29,751 nt of DNA from Ginkgo biloba (Eukaryota > Plantae > Ginkgophyta): the NCBI GenBank assembly GCA_024626585.2, contig JANKJI020000002.1, positions 247,763,471-247,793,221 of the forward strand. Direction: 5' to 3'. Positions within the stretch are counted from its first letter, which is position 1; each line of letters opens with the position of its first letter. The position numbers and the translations under genes were made by a program. Under the pieces are notes generated by a model. It was not told the origin of the DNA and searched no databases. It worked only from the letters and a program-made list of their open reading frames with translations. Below are positions 11,301 through 21,250 of this stretch, in pieces.

Positions 11301-12633
11301 CTATCTAAGCCATTACTCTATGATCATCATTTAGTAATAAAGCATCATACCTCTACACATTTTGGAGTATATTTTAAGATGCAACCTTTTGTGAGGTATC
11401 AACAACTGTGTATTTTAGTATGTATATATGTGGGTTCTATTCATAGTTTAAGACCCTTTTTTTTGTTTTTTCCATAAATTATNNNNNNNNNNNNNNNNNN
11501 NNNNNNNNNNNNNNNNNNNNNNNNNNNNNNNNNNNNNNNNNGAAGGATTTCAGGTGTTGATTATTTATACCATAAAACATTAAGATATTGATTCAAATAT
11601 TTTAGCATACCTTTTGATAGTTCTAGTCAGATTCCTCTATTTTCCATTAGGTATTAAGTAGGGATAATCCACATGCATGTTTTTTCCAATATATAAGTTT
11701 TATTCATTAAATAATCGATCCTTGCATTTCATATTTTAGTAGTCAGTTTCATCAAATATTAGTTATTTTAGGAATCCTTTTCATGTTCCATTCCACTTTA
11801 ATCCATGTCCAAATTATTATGATGTGTTCATATGCTCATATAAATTAAGATGATTTATCATTACTATGTACCATTCCATCACTATCATTCTACGATTTAT
11901 TACATGACATTATCATATTTTCCATTATTATTACATTTTCCATTTATATTTGATACCATTTATTATTTATCATGCCATGAGGATGGGAATTTTCCATACC
12001 CATTTGACTTTTATCATTATAAATAATATTTTTGCATGAGGCTAGGACTTGTATAGTTTTATGCTTTGATAATGGTTGGCTAACATTNNNNNNNNNNNNN
12101 NNNNNNNNNNNNNNNNNNNNNNNNNNNNNNNNNNNNNNNNNNNNNNNNNNNNNNNNNNNNNNNNNNNNNNNNNNNNNNNNNNNNNNNCTCTGAAAGAAGA
12201 AAATTTACAAGAAATGATGCCTGACAGAGAATGCTAATCCCTTGGAAACTGGTAGGTAATTCTCAGTTGCCCGAGGATTAGTAGCCCAGTACAAAAAGAT
12301 ATAAAAATAGAATAACAGAAAGAAGAGGTTTTAAGGGTCAGGTTCTGGATTTGCACAGCTTATACCCAGGAAACCTTAAGTGCCTCTACTCCATTAGATT
12401 AGCTCTCTACAAGTGCTGAGTGAGATTACCATTCATCAGGTCATCACCAAGTCAATGGTCAGACCCCATGAAGAAAGAAAAGCCNNNNNNNNNNNNNNNN
12501 NNNNNNNNNNNNNNNNNNNNNNNNNNNNNNNNNNNNNNNNNTGAAAGTAAACAAGCAAACTCCAAGGTCGATGAAAATGAAAGAAGAAAGAGAAAAAAAA
12601 TTATATGTAATGCCTTGAGGGCAAGGCATCTCT

Positions 12634-12646
12634 AAGGGGGAGGGCA
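12634..12646 (+). promoter_or_regulatory. Polypurine tract of a gypsy-type element
   Basis: AAGGGGGAGGG-CA followed immediately by TGTTG (12647), preceded by CCTTGAGGGCAAGG, the typical end of a plant gypsy internal region. Confidence 0.75.
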
Positions 12647-13270
12647 TGTTGTGTAAGGATAAACAATGAGGCCTAAAGACCCTACAAATGGTCTTAAATA
12701 AGGCCTAAGCTTAAGATATACTTAAAATAAGGTTAAAATAACCTTAAATAGGCTTTAAAAGACCCTAAAACAATGCACCCTAATTTAAGGGCCACTTAGG
12801 GATTTAAGGAAGAAATGAAAGATAATGTCTTTTTATAGGATATATGAAGAGTGTCTCACTCCAAGGGTTACAACTCTTCAAATGTAGTCTCCATTGCACT
12901 TATGAAGACTCTAAGTGTCCCTTAAATTAGGGTATCTTGTTTTGTGGCTTTTTTTTAGCCTATTTGTCATTTATTTTGACTTTTATTAAGGGATATTTAT
13001 CCCGAGACTTAATTAAGGCCACAAATGAAATTTTTAAGCCTTGTTGTGTATTTACACAATAGATGTAGAGCCTACTATTAGAAATTAGAAATGGATTGGC
13101 ATCGCAATAATGAGGGAAGCATGCATTAATGACACATTCATTCATGAACATAGAAGAAACTGATATACACATTCACCCCTTAACATGCAATATAGTGGAT
13201 AAAATATTGAGTCCAAACCAACATAAAATTCACGGTGGTGACTTTAAAAGAAGGTGAATAATGCTATTAA
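12647..13270 (+). mobile_element. 3' LTR (U3 part; right end unresolved at gap)
   Basis: Begins TG directly after the PPT; non-coding, with degenerate CTTAAATA(A)GG repeats at ~12690-12770. Confidence 0.6.
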
Positions 13271-14017
13271 NNNNNNNNNNNNNNNNNNNNNNNNNNNNNN
13301 NNNNNNNNNNNNNNNNNNNNNNNNNNNNNNNNNNNNNNNNNNNNNNNNNNNNNNNNNNNNNNNNNNNNNNGAATTCTTTAAAGTCTTAGTGAAATCTAAT
13401 ATGGACTCGATAAAGCCTTATCTTAAGCAATTGAGAATAAATATGAATCAAAGTTGTTATTTTCTATCGATGATTCCAATTTAGAGGACATTAAACAATA
13501 AGAGGGTATAGATAATGAAGAAGAGGAAGTAGAATGTAGCATCCAATTATTTAATTCTACACCTAATCTCTCATGCAAGGANNNNNNNNNNNNNNNNNNN
13601 NNNNNNNNNNNNNNNNNNNNNNGAGTGATATACAATTGACTATGTAGATTATGTTTAGAATGGTGTGGATAGGATTGAATTTCATCCTTTACTTCCCTTG
13701 CCTCTTTTTGGATCTACCCCCCTCATTAAATTAATTGTAACATGACTATTTTGTCAAGTAGCTACTCATTGGATATGCATTTAGTTTTAGTAGATTATTA
13801 GTATTTATTATAGAAATGTATATTCTACTCATGTATTTACTTCTTTAAGAATAATTTTTTGTTTAGTAAGATTTGTACCTAGATTGATAGGACTAGATCA
13901 CTAGGATACTACATGTATTTTGTAGACGTTGATTAGTGTTCTAGATAAAGTTATGCAGAGAGATAAAATTGTCAAGAGAAAGGCCTCAAAGGTGCTTGAG
14001 CAGAGGGCGCCTCCTTC

Positions 14018-14270
14018 AAGGGGTAAAATGTGACAACTAAGAGCAACCGACAGATTTTTTGGGGTATAGGACAACCCTAAGGTTAGGGTTTAACACTTAT
14101 GTGGTGGATTGTACCTAGGGGATTGTTCGGGCTTAATCAACCCTAAGACATCATTCTATCTCTCTCAATAAGGTGTTCTCTCTCTTTANNNNNNNNNNNN
14201 NGGACTTAATCATACATGTTGTTGCTGTCAACTAGAATTATATTTTGCATACTACTGAGCTAGGCCTTCA
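14018..14270 (+). mobile_element. Probable eroded PPT (14018-14028) plus start of another LTR (TGTGAC at 14029)
   Basis: CTTCAAGGGGTAAAA|TGTGACAAC, followed by telo-box motifs and a CT-rich tract typical of LTRs. Confidence 0.4.
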
Positions 14271-14709
14271 TTATTATATTGACTTTCAACAAATATTTTC
14301 ACAAAACAAGTGCTCAGATGTCTTCCTTAAGGTAGGGTGGATTCATTGCAGGCATTAGCATGAAGTTTCACCACATTTTGAACATAGGTTACCCCTACAA
14401 GAAGTCATAAGCCTTCCTACAATCTAATGATTGGTTTCTACATATAGTTTCAAATTTGTCGGATNNNNNNNNNNNNNNNNNNNNNNNNNNNNNNNNNNNN
14501 NNNNNNNNNNNNNNNNNNNNNNNNNNNNNNNNNNNNNNNNNNNNNNNNNNNNNNNNNNNNNNNNTAAAATGGCTAAAGAACATAACTGTAAAAAAATTAA
14601 CTGTAGAACGGAGATACACCTTTTGGGTTACCTTTTCAAACTGAAGGAGATCCATATTATTGTGTATGATTGCATTCTTATGGAGTATGTCACTAGGCAT
14701 TTGAAATCA

Positions 14710-14721
14710 ACTCTAATACCA
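14710..14721 (-). promoter_or_regulatory. tRNA-Met PBS of a minus-strand element (LTR from ~14724 rightwards, internal region leftwards)
   Basis: Plus strand ACTCTAATACCA-ct-TG, i.e. GCTCTGATACCA with two G>A transitions and a TG 2 nt away. Weak gag-like residues at ~14360-14464 on the minus strand. Confidence 0.5.
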
Positions 14722-14971
14722 CTTGGAGCAAACTGAATTCTATTTGCACAGAAGGAAATGCTTGAAATATGCCAAAAGATGATCAAACAAGATTTATAGA
14801 TAGCAAAATAACTAATTATAGAAGAAGACTGAAAGAGCAATGCCATAGTGTGCTCGATAACAAGATTGCAATAGCTCAAGATGATCCATAAGCTCTCTAG
14901 AGCCTCCTTATATAATAATAAACCTAAACTATATGTTTGCCAAGTGTCACTACTCTTAAGGAGGTGGAAGA

Positions 14972-15654
14972 TGTTTAACGATGTTGTTATTGAAGAATGT
15001 CTTCAGCGTTGCAGTGGGGTATCTTTTGGGAAGCCTACCAAAGATCTTTGAGGGCACAGGTCCATTCCTTGTATTTTCTTATGAAATCTCTTTGCATGAA
15101 TTGTATCAACCTCCAGTAGTGAGGAAAACGCTGTAGAGGCAAGTTGTAAAAGGATGTAATGTTTTATTTTATCCAATTGAACTGGAGTTTTATTCCCCAT
15201 GAGGGTTTGTCTAGTTAAAAATGTTGTGCTTGGACTCACTGGTGTGTGCTTGTGGTTTTAAAGTTTATTTTTTTCTTTTTACAAGTGTATTACCCTTGTG
15301 ATTGAGCATTGCCATTTATTTATCTTGTGGGTTATTGACGAATTGATTATCGACGTGACATATTGGGAGTTTGCCAATATCGTTGGCGTGGGATGTGTGC
15401 AAAGGTCCCGGAGGAGCGGTGTGGTAACAACTCACTACCATTGGCATCAGTGGAGGTTCACCGACNNNNNNNNNNNNNNNNNNNNNNNNNNNNNNNNNNN
15501 NNNNTAGCCTGACAATCGACAAAGGATATATGTTGTCGACGTTGGGGAGGAAAGCTATTGTTGGTGTAGATTTGGTATTGCTCGATATCTAATGTCTGTG
15601 TGAAAGTAATCCATGGTGTTGGTTAGGAGTAGTGTCACCAACTGTGCTGCATTA
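14972..15654 (+). mobile_element. 5' LTR region of CRM-like element 1 (left boundary uncertain)
   Basis: Ends CTGCATTA (from CTGCATCA; CRM-type LTRs end CATCA) 2 nt before a perfect PBS; non-coding and relatively CpG-rich. Confidence 0.55.
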
Positions 15655-15656
15655 GC

Positions 15657-15668
15657 TGGTATCAGAGC
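15657..15668 (+). promoter_or_regulatory. tRNA-iMet primer binding site
   Basis: Exact TGGTATCAGAGC, upstream of gag. Confidence 0.93.
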
Positions 15669-15959
15669 ATTGGTTGAAGATTCATAGAGAATAATTTTAA
15701 AGTCATAAAATGATTGGTAAAGACATCAAAGTTGAGGCCATTAAGTTGAAGTTAGCATACCACCGAGAAGAGATGGTCCCATTCTTCAAAGGATGGATGC
15801 TTTGATTTGATGAGTTAAAGATATCGATAATAAGGTTGAAAGACTGAGAACTGCCTTCCAAGAACAAAGACCCACATAACCCATTGATCATGATCCAAAG
15901 TCAGAGCCAGAGAATGAATATCTAGTCCAACCCAAGAAGAATGCAAAAGCCATGTTGAC

Positions 15960-16890
15960 AAGGTTATTGGAGGGAAGCCATGGAGGAGCAAAGTTGGAAG
16001 TGCCAAGCTTTAGTGGGAGCTTGAAGCCAAAAGACTTACTGGATTAGATAAGTGGCATGGAGAAATACTTCGACTAGGAGGAAATTAAGGACCCCAGGAG
16101 AGTGAAGTTTGCTTGTACCCGATTGAAGGGACATGATGCTCTTTGGTGGGAGCACCTACAAAAAGATCAAGTTCAAAGAGACAAAGAAGAAATCCAGGCT
16201 TGGCAGTAGATGGTGGACAGATTAAAAGGTAAATGTTTACTCTCAGACTATGGCCAATGTTTATTTAAAGAATTTCAAAATTTGAAGTACAGAGAAAGGA
16301 GTGTGTTAGAGTACATCGACGACTTCTTCAGGTAAATGTTTACTTTCAGACTATGGCCAATGTTTATTTAAAGAATTTCAAAATTTAAAGTAGAGAGAAA
16401 GGAGTGTGTCAGAGTACACTAATGACTTCTTCAAGTGGTCTATCCGTAGTAGATATGATGAAGGTGAAGAGAAGTTGGCAACTAGGTATATTAATGGCTT
16501 ATCATATGCCATTCAAGATGACCTTTTCATACATTATTTGGAAAGCGTTGATGAATCATATCAACTCACACTTAAAGCTGAAGAGAAGCTAGTCCGTCAT
16601 GCATAAAAGAGACTGTTTATTAACAATGCATCCACATATTACCAACATCAAAAGAGAGGTGTCAAAATAAGGTAGATTGGAGGTCATTCAAGTTTTGAAA
16701 ACACTTGTAATTTGAATGCCAATATAACCCATCGACCGTGAGGAGGATTCAATTCATATCATGCTAAAGGTCGAGTCCAATTGACTCATCATCATGGTGG
16801 AAGATTAATAAGAGCATCACATTCATTTAGAATACCAATCACCTGCTATAACTATGGTAAAGAAGGCCATATTTCTTATGAATGCCCTAG
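15960..16890 (+). pseudogene. gag: gag of CRM-like gypsy element 1, with zinc knuckle
   Basis: AKLEVPSFSGSLKPKDLLD*ISGMEKYFD*EEIKDPRRVKFACTRLKGHDALWWEHLQ...FQNLK...RYINGLSYAIQDDL...YQLTLKAEEKL...ITCYNYGKEGHISYECP; stops and a frameshifting duplication. Confidence 0.93.
16227..16432 (+). repeat. 103-bp tandem duplication inside gag
   Basis: 16227-16329 and 16330-16432 both begin AGGTAAATGTTTACT and end GACTTCTTC; 8 substitutions counted by eye. Confidence 0.95.
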
Positions 16891-17169
16891 AAGAAATGAA
16901 GATAACATTAAATCTAGTGGAACTAGTACAAATTTGGTTTGGCAAAGAAAAGAATCAAGATCTCCTTTGACCAATAAAGTTGAAGTAGAGCCCGCGCATA
17001 GAGTCTTATTATCATCAGGGAAGAAGTAGGCAACCCAAAGCCAAATTGAAGAGTGTAAGAGAAAAGGTAAAGAGAAAGTGATAGAGGAGGTTGATTATCA
17101 TCCATCTATAAGAAAGAGAAGAGGTGTCCCTTATAGCTTGACATCAAACATTAAAAGTGACAAAAGGAA

Positions 17170-17535
17170 AAAAATATTCACCATAAATTGTATGTTGGGA
17201 GACCATGTATATAATGTAATTATGGATGGAGGCAATTATGAGAGCATGGTGTCAGAAGAGTTGGTTAATAAGTTGGGTCTGTGATAACATAGATTGGAGG
17301 CACCATATAGTATTTTATGGTTTAAAAAGGGCAGAGAAATAATAGTAGAGTATAGGTATTTAGTACCCATTTGGCTTGCCAATTATAAGGATGAGGTCTG
17401 GTGCAATGTCGTGCCCATGGACACAGGTCATGTATTATTGGGATGACCACGATAGTATGACTGAAAAGCCGTATATGATGGTCAACAGAATATCTACACA
17501 ATTGTTAAGGATGGGAGGCACTTTACCTTTTGGCT
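17170..17535 (+). pseudogene. Aspartic protease of CRM-like element 1
   Basis: IFTINCML..HVYNVIMDGGNYESMVSEELVNKLGL...PYSILWFKKG...YKDEVWCNVVPMDTGHVLLG*P...YDGQQNIYT. Confidence 0.9.
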
Positions 17536-17602
17536 AATAGATGTAGATGTGGTAGTGCAGGTGGTGTTATCGACTAAGCAACTCATAAGGAATATCAATA
17601 TG

Positions 17603-17731
17603 ATAGGTACTTTCTATGCATTGATCACCAAGGAGTTATAGAATAATAGGTGCTTTCTATGCATTGATCACCAAGGAGTTACAGAATAATAGGTGATTTC
17701 TATGCATTAATCACCAAGGAGTTACAGAATT
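17603..17731 (+). repeat. 43-bp tandem triplication between protease and RT
   Basis: ATAGGTGCTTTCTATGCATTGATCACCAAGGAGTTACAGAATA at 17603, 17646 and 17689, each with only a few differences. Confidence 0.95.
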
Positions 17732-17746
17732 AGAAATTGACTAAGT

Positions 17747-18270
17747 TACCGAGGGAAGTAAAAAGGTTGTTGGAAGAATATGATGATGTGAACCTGGATG
17801 AGATACCCATAGGTATGCCACCCAAAAGAGGTATTTCTCACCAAATTGAATTGATACCTGGATCAAGTCTGCCAAACCAAGCTGCCTATTGACTTAACCC
17901 AAAATAAACGCAGAGGTTAATTGATAGGTTTAATAGTTACTTGAAAGGGAATTAATATAGGAATGATTGGGTCGATGCATAAATTTAGCATTGCTAGCAC
18001 CGAAGAAGGATGAAACTTAGAGGATGTGTGTTTATTCTAGGGCTATGAACTGTATCGCCATCAAGTACATATTTCTTATGCCTCAGATGGATGATATCAT
18101 GGATTGCTTAATAGGGGCTACATATTTTTCCAAGGTTGACTTGAGGAGAGGATACTATCAAATCCAAATTTAAGAGGGGGATGAATGAAAAAAAACATTC
18201 AAGATAAAGGAAGGCTTGTATAAATGGTGGGTGATGTCATTTGGCTTGACAAGGGAACCCAACACTTTTA
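17747..18270 (+). pseudogene. pol: N-terminal reverse transcriptase of CRM-like element 1, cut by a gap
   Basis: LPREVKRLLEEYDDV...GMPPKRGISHQIELIPGSSLPNQAAY...LAPKKDET*RMCVYSRAMN..IKY.F.MPQMDDIMDCL.GATYFSKVDLRRGYYQIQI*EGDE*K.TFK.KEGLY.W.VMSFGLT. The PG..LPN.AAY, (D)SRA.N and IREGDEWK-like motifs are characteristic of the CRM clade. Confidence 0.93.
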
Positions 18271-18370
18271 NNNNNNNNNNNNNNNNNNNNNNNNNNNNNN
18301 NNNNNNNNNNNNNNNNNNNNNNNNNNNNNNNNNNNNNNNNNNNNNNNNNNNNNNNNNNNNNNNNNNNNNN

Positions 18371-19384
18371 GCATAGCTTAGTTTAGTTCTCTATTTTCTC
18401 CATATGGATTTTATGTATTTTCATAGGAGCAACCTTTGTGCTCCCACTTTGTATCTCATACTGGTGTACTTAGCAGTCCCTTTGACCTATTTGTGGTCAT
18501 CTTGTTTGACATTAATAACATTATCTTCTCTTATCCTTATCTCCTGCGTTGATTTTTGCAATGGCTTCATTTTATTTTTTGTGTTCTAAACTCACTCCTA
18601 CAACACATTTTGAATGGTGTCCAATGTAGGCATTCAACAAGTTTTTAATCTGCTACATCTTCCTTTCTTAGGCGTTCACCTTGCTACATAATGCTTCCCC
18701 AACAACCACACCATAATGGCTTCCCAAGCAACCAGAACAACGTTTAACCTCTTAAGAAACCACAATGATGTTTAACCTCTATAGTTTTTGGTATTCACTA
18801 ATGTTTATTATCTACCCTAAGAATGCATTCCAAATTTTCTCGTGACTGTTTACTTTACTGCATGTTATCTAGCCATCCTCCAACTCTGTGGGATATCATG
18901 GCATTCTCTCTTCAATAATCATCCCTTCTTCTCCAATAGATGATAGTCTAAATTTTCTTCATTTTACTTAGGCTTCACCATTCTCCAACATTTTATCTTA
19001 TTAGGGATTTATTCTCATTCACAATATTCAAATAGACTACAATATTTCTTTTTAGGCTTCTCCTTCTCATGAAATTTGAAAAATAATTCAAAAACTCCAT
19101 AGTTTCAAATCTTCACAACTTCTCTAAGTTCATTTGGCTTCTTTAGAATGCAAGCTATGATACCAAATGAGAAATATGGAAAAAATTTGAATTGTAAATT
19201 CATTTAACTATTAATATACTATGATAGAATTCTAACCTCTACGAATGATTTTCAATCCCTATTATATAGGGTTCTCAACCCAACTAACCTATAACTTGCT
19301 GACACCTAATCACATGATAATATAATAATTACATATTATTTAATCTATTTATGTCACAAACATTGTGACACTTATTACATTAAT
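18371..19384 (-). mobile_element. Minus-strand LTR element fragment: partial LTR (19168-19384), PBS (19154-19165) and leader without recognisable ORF
   Basis: Plus strand GCTATGATACCA-aa-TG is TGGTATCAtAGC on the minus strand (1 mismatch), 2 nt from a CA LTR end. Both sides are bounded by gaps. Confidence 0.65.
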
Positions 19385-19959
19385 NNNNNNNNNNNNNNNN
19401 NNNNNNNNNNNNNNNNNNNNNNNNNNNNNNNNNNNNNNNNNNNNNNNNNNNNNNNNNNNNNNNNNNNNNNNNNNNNNNNNNNNNNNNNNNNNNNNNNNNN
19501 NNNNNNNNNNNNNNNNNNNNNNNNNNNNNNNNNNNNNNNNNNNNNNNNNNNNNNNNNNNNNNNNNNNNNNNNNNNNNNNNNNNNNNNNNNNNNNNNNNNN
19601 NNNNNNNNNNNNNNNNNNNNNNNNNNNNNNNNNNNNNNNNNNNNNNNNNNNNNNNNNNNNNNNNNNNNNNNNNNNNNNNNNNNNNNNNNNNNNNNNNNNN
19701 NNNNNNNNNNNNNNNNNNNNNNNNNNNNNNNNNNNNNNNNNNNNNNNNNNNNNNNNNNNNNNNNNNNNNNNNNNNNNNNNNNNNNNNNNNNNNNNNNNNN
19801 NNNNNNNNNNNNNNNNNNNNNNNNNNAAATGCTTTCTAATGCCATAATAACAAATCTTGATGGAATGAGTAATAACATGGATGTTATGAAGGAATTGGCA
19901 CAAAATGATAATGAGAGATTCAAACATGAGTTGAAAAGGATTGAATAGTTTGTCATATC

Positions 19960-21250
19960 TGTTGACACCTCATTTCAACCCCTTAATCTGAGCTAATCAA
20001 GAAAAAAATAAGAAAGATAAAATATTGAACCCAAGAACCCACATGAACATGAATATTTTCAAAGCCATGTGAAATATACACTATGTATCTTATTGATCAA
20101 GAGAAGGATTTATCAAAATATTGTTGAAGACTTTTTTAACATCCTTTGAAGTAGACATAAGGATTCCCGGGTCATCCAGGGAGAATTCCCTAAAATAGGA
20201 AAACTATCGTATCCTAGTTCTCATTTTATTCCCTAACTCATTTAGGAGAAATTTGGTATCTAGGAACCATTTAATTCAGATTTGATCAAGGATCTTTGTC
20301 TTCCCTTGAAGTTATACTTCTCTCGAATATCTTATCCTCTCCCTAACTTAATTAAGAAGGATCAAAATGACCTAAGAAGGTGCATAGTTGTTAAGGGGTC
20401 CACAACATCACTAATGTATGTTTAAAGAACATGCTCTATGCAATCTTGATTTCTCTATGTAGTATTAGGGGGATTAGGAAGGTTCAAAATGACCCAAGAG
20501 GGTGCACAATTATTAAGGGGCCCACTGTATCCCTAATGTATATTTAAAGCATACATTACAAGGATAAATAAGGGATTATTCTTGGTGGCTCTATGCGTTC
20601 CTAGTATGATAAAAAAGGTTCAGGAATGTTCAAAATGACCCATGAGGGTGCATAATTATTAAGGGGGACACAGTTCCACTAAGGAAGCTCTTTTATTTAC
20701 CAGGATATAGAAAAAATATAATTATGATGAGTGAACCAAGAACATTTGATGATAATTAAGGCTAGATATTTCATAAGTAGAGACCTAGGAGGCATAATCC
20801 TTGGTAGGGTTAGAGAAGTGGTCTTCTATGAGGAAGCGATACCAAGGAGGAAGATATATCCTAGAAAGGTGACACAAGATAAGTTCAAGAATTATTGTGG
20901 CTACAAGGAGATGTTCAATCCTCAAGGAGGTGGTCATCCTTCTTGTGAACCTTCTTATATTCTAAGTCATCAAGGAAGCTAATAAAAGGCTAGGGTGATG
21001 GATGATAGTGATGTATTCCTAACATCTTTTGATGAACATTAATGATGGGTCTTGATGGATTCTTGAAGAGTGCATGGAATTTTATTAGGGTATCGACATG
21101 GTAATCATGGGCCAACTAGATGTTGACACATGGAAAGAATCTATTGTAATCTCTTTCAAAGAATGAGGAACGTTAATGATTTTAAATTCCTTTCCCTCAA
21201 ATCATAAACTCCATACCTACCATTTTTCATAGAGAGAAATAAGTGTTTGA
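19960..21250 (+). mobile_element. Probable long LTR remnant, Tat/Ogre-like start (right end unknown)
   Basis: Abrupt start TGTTGACACCTCATTT, resembling Tat/Ogre LTR termini; internal degenerate tandem repeats; no coding motifs. Confidence 0.4.
20352..20684 (+). repeat. Three degenerate repeat units with a ~55-70 bp conserved core, spacing 122 and 146 bp
   Basis: Core ...GAAGGTTCAAAATGACCCAAGAGGGTGCATAATTATTAAGGGG..CAC....CTAA; CAAAATGACC at 20363, 20485 and 20631. Confidence 0.85.

Noticed and set aside
12188-12484. Resumed integrase of the 5380-7863 gypsy element
   Set aside because: Only one weak motif echo, no TSD visible, and separated by gaps of unknown size.
14073-14091. Interstitial telomere or chromosome-fusion site
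   Set aside because: Only one repeat unit on each side; better explained as telo-boxes.
19349-19968. Longest ORFs in the track (160-197 aa) and other X-containing ORFs
   Set aside because: Artefacts of translating through N gaps.
20352-20684. CRISPR-like repeat-spacer array
   Set aside because: Cores are too long and diverged, linkers are homologous to each other, there are no cas genes, and the context is plant TE DNA.
19960-21130. TGTTGACAC at 19960 and 21121 as starts of an LTR pair
   Set aside because: Similarity stops after 9 nt.
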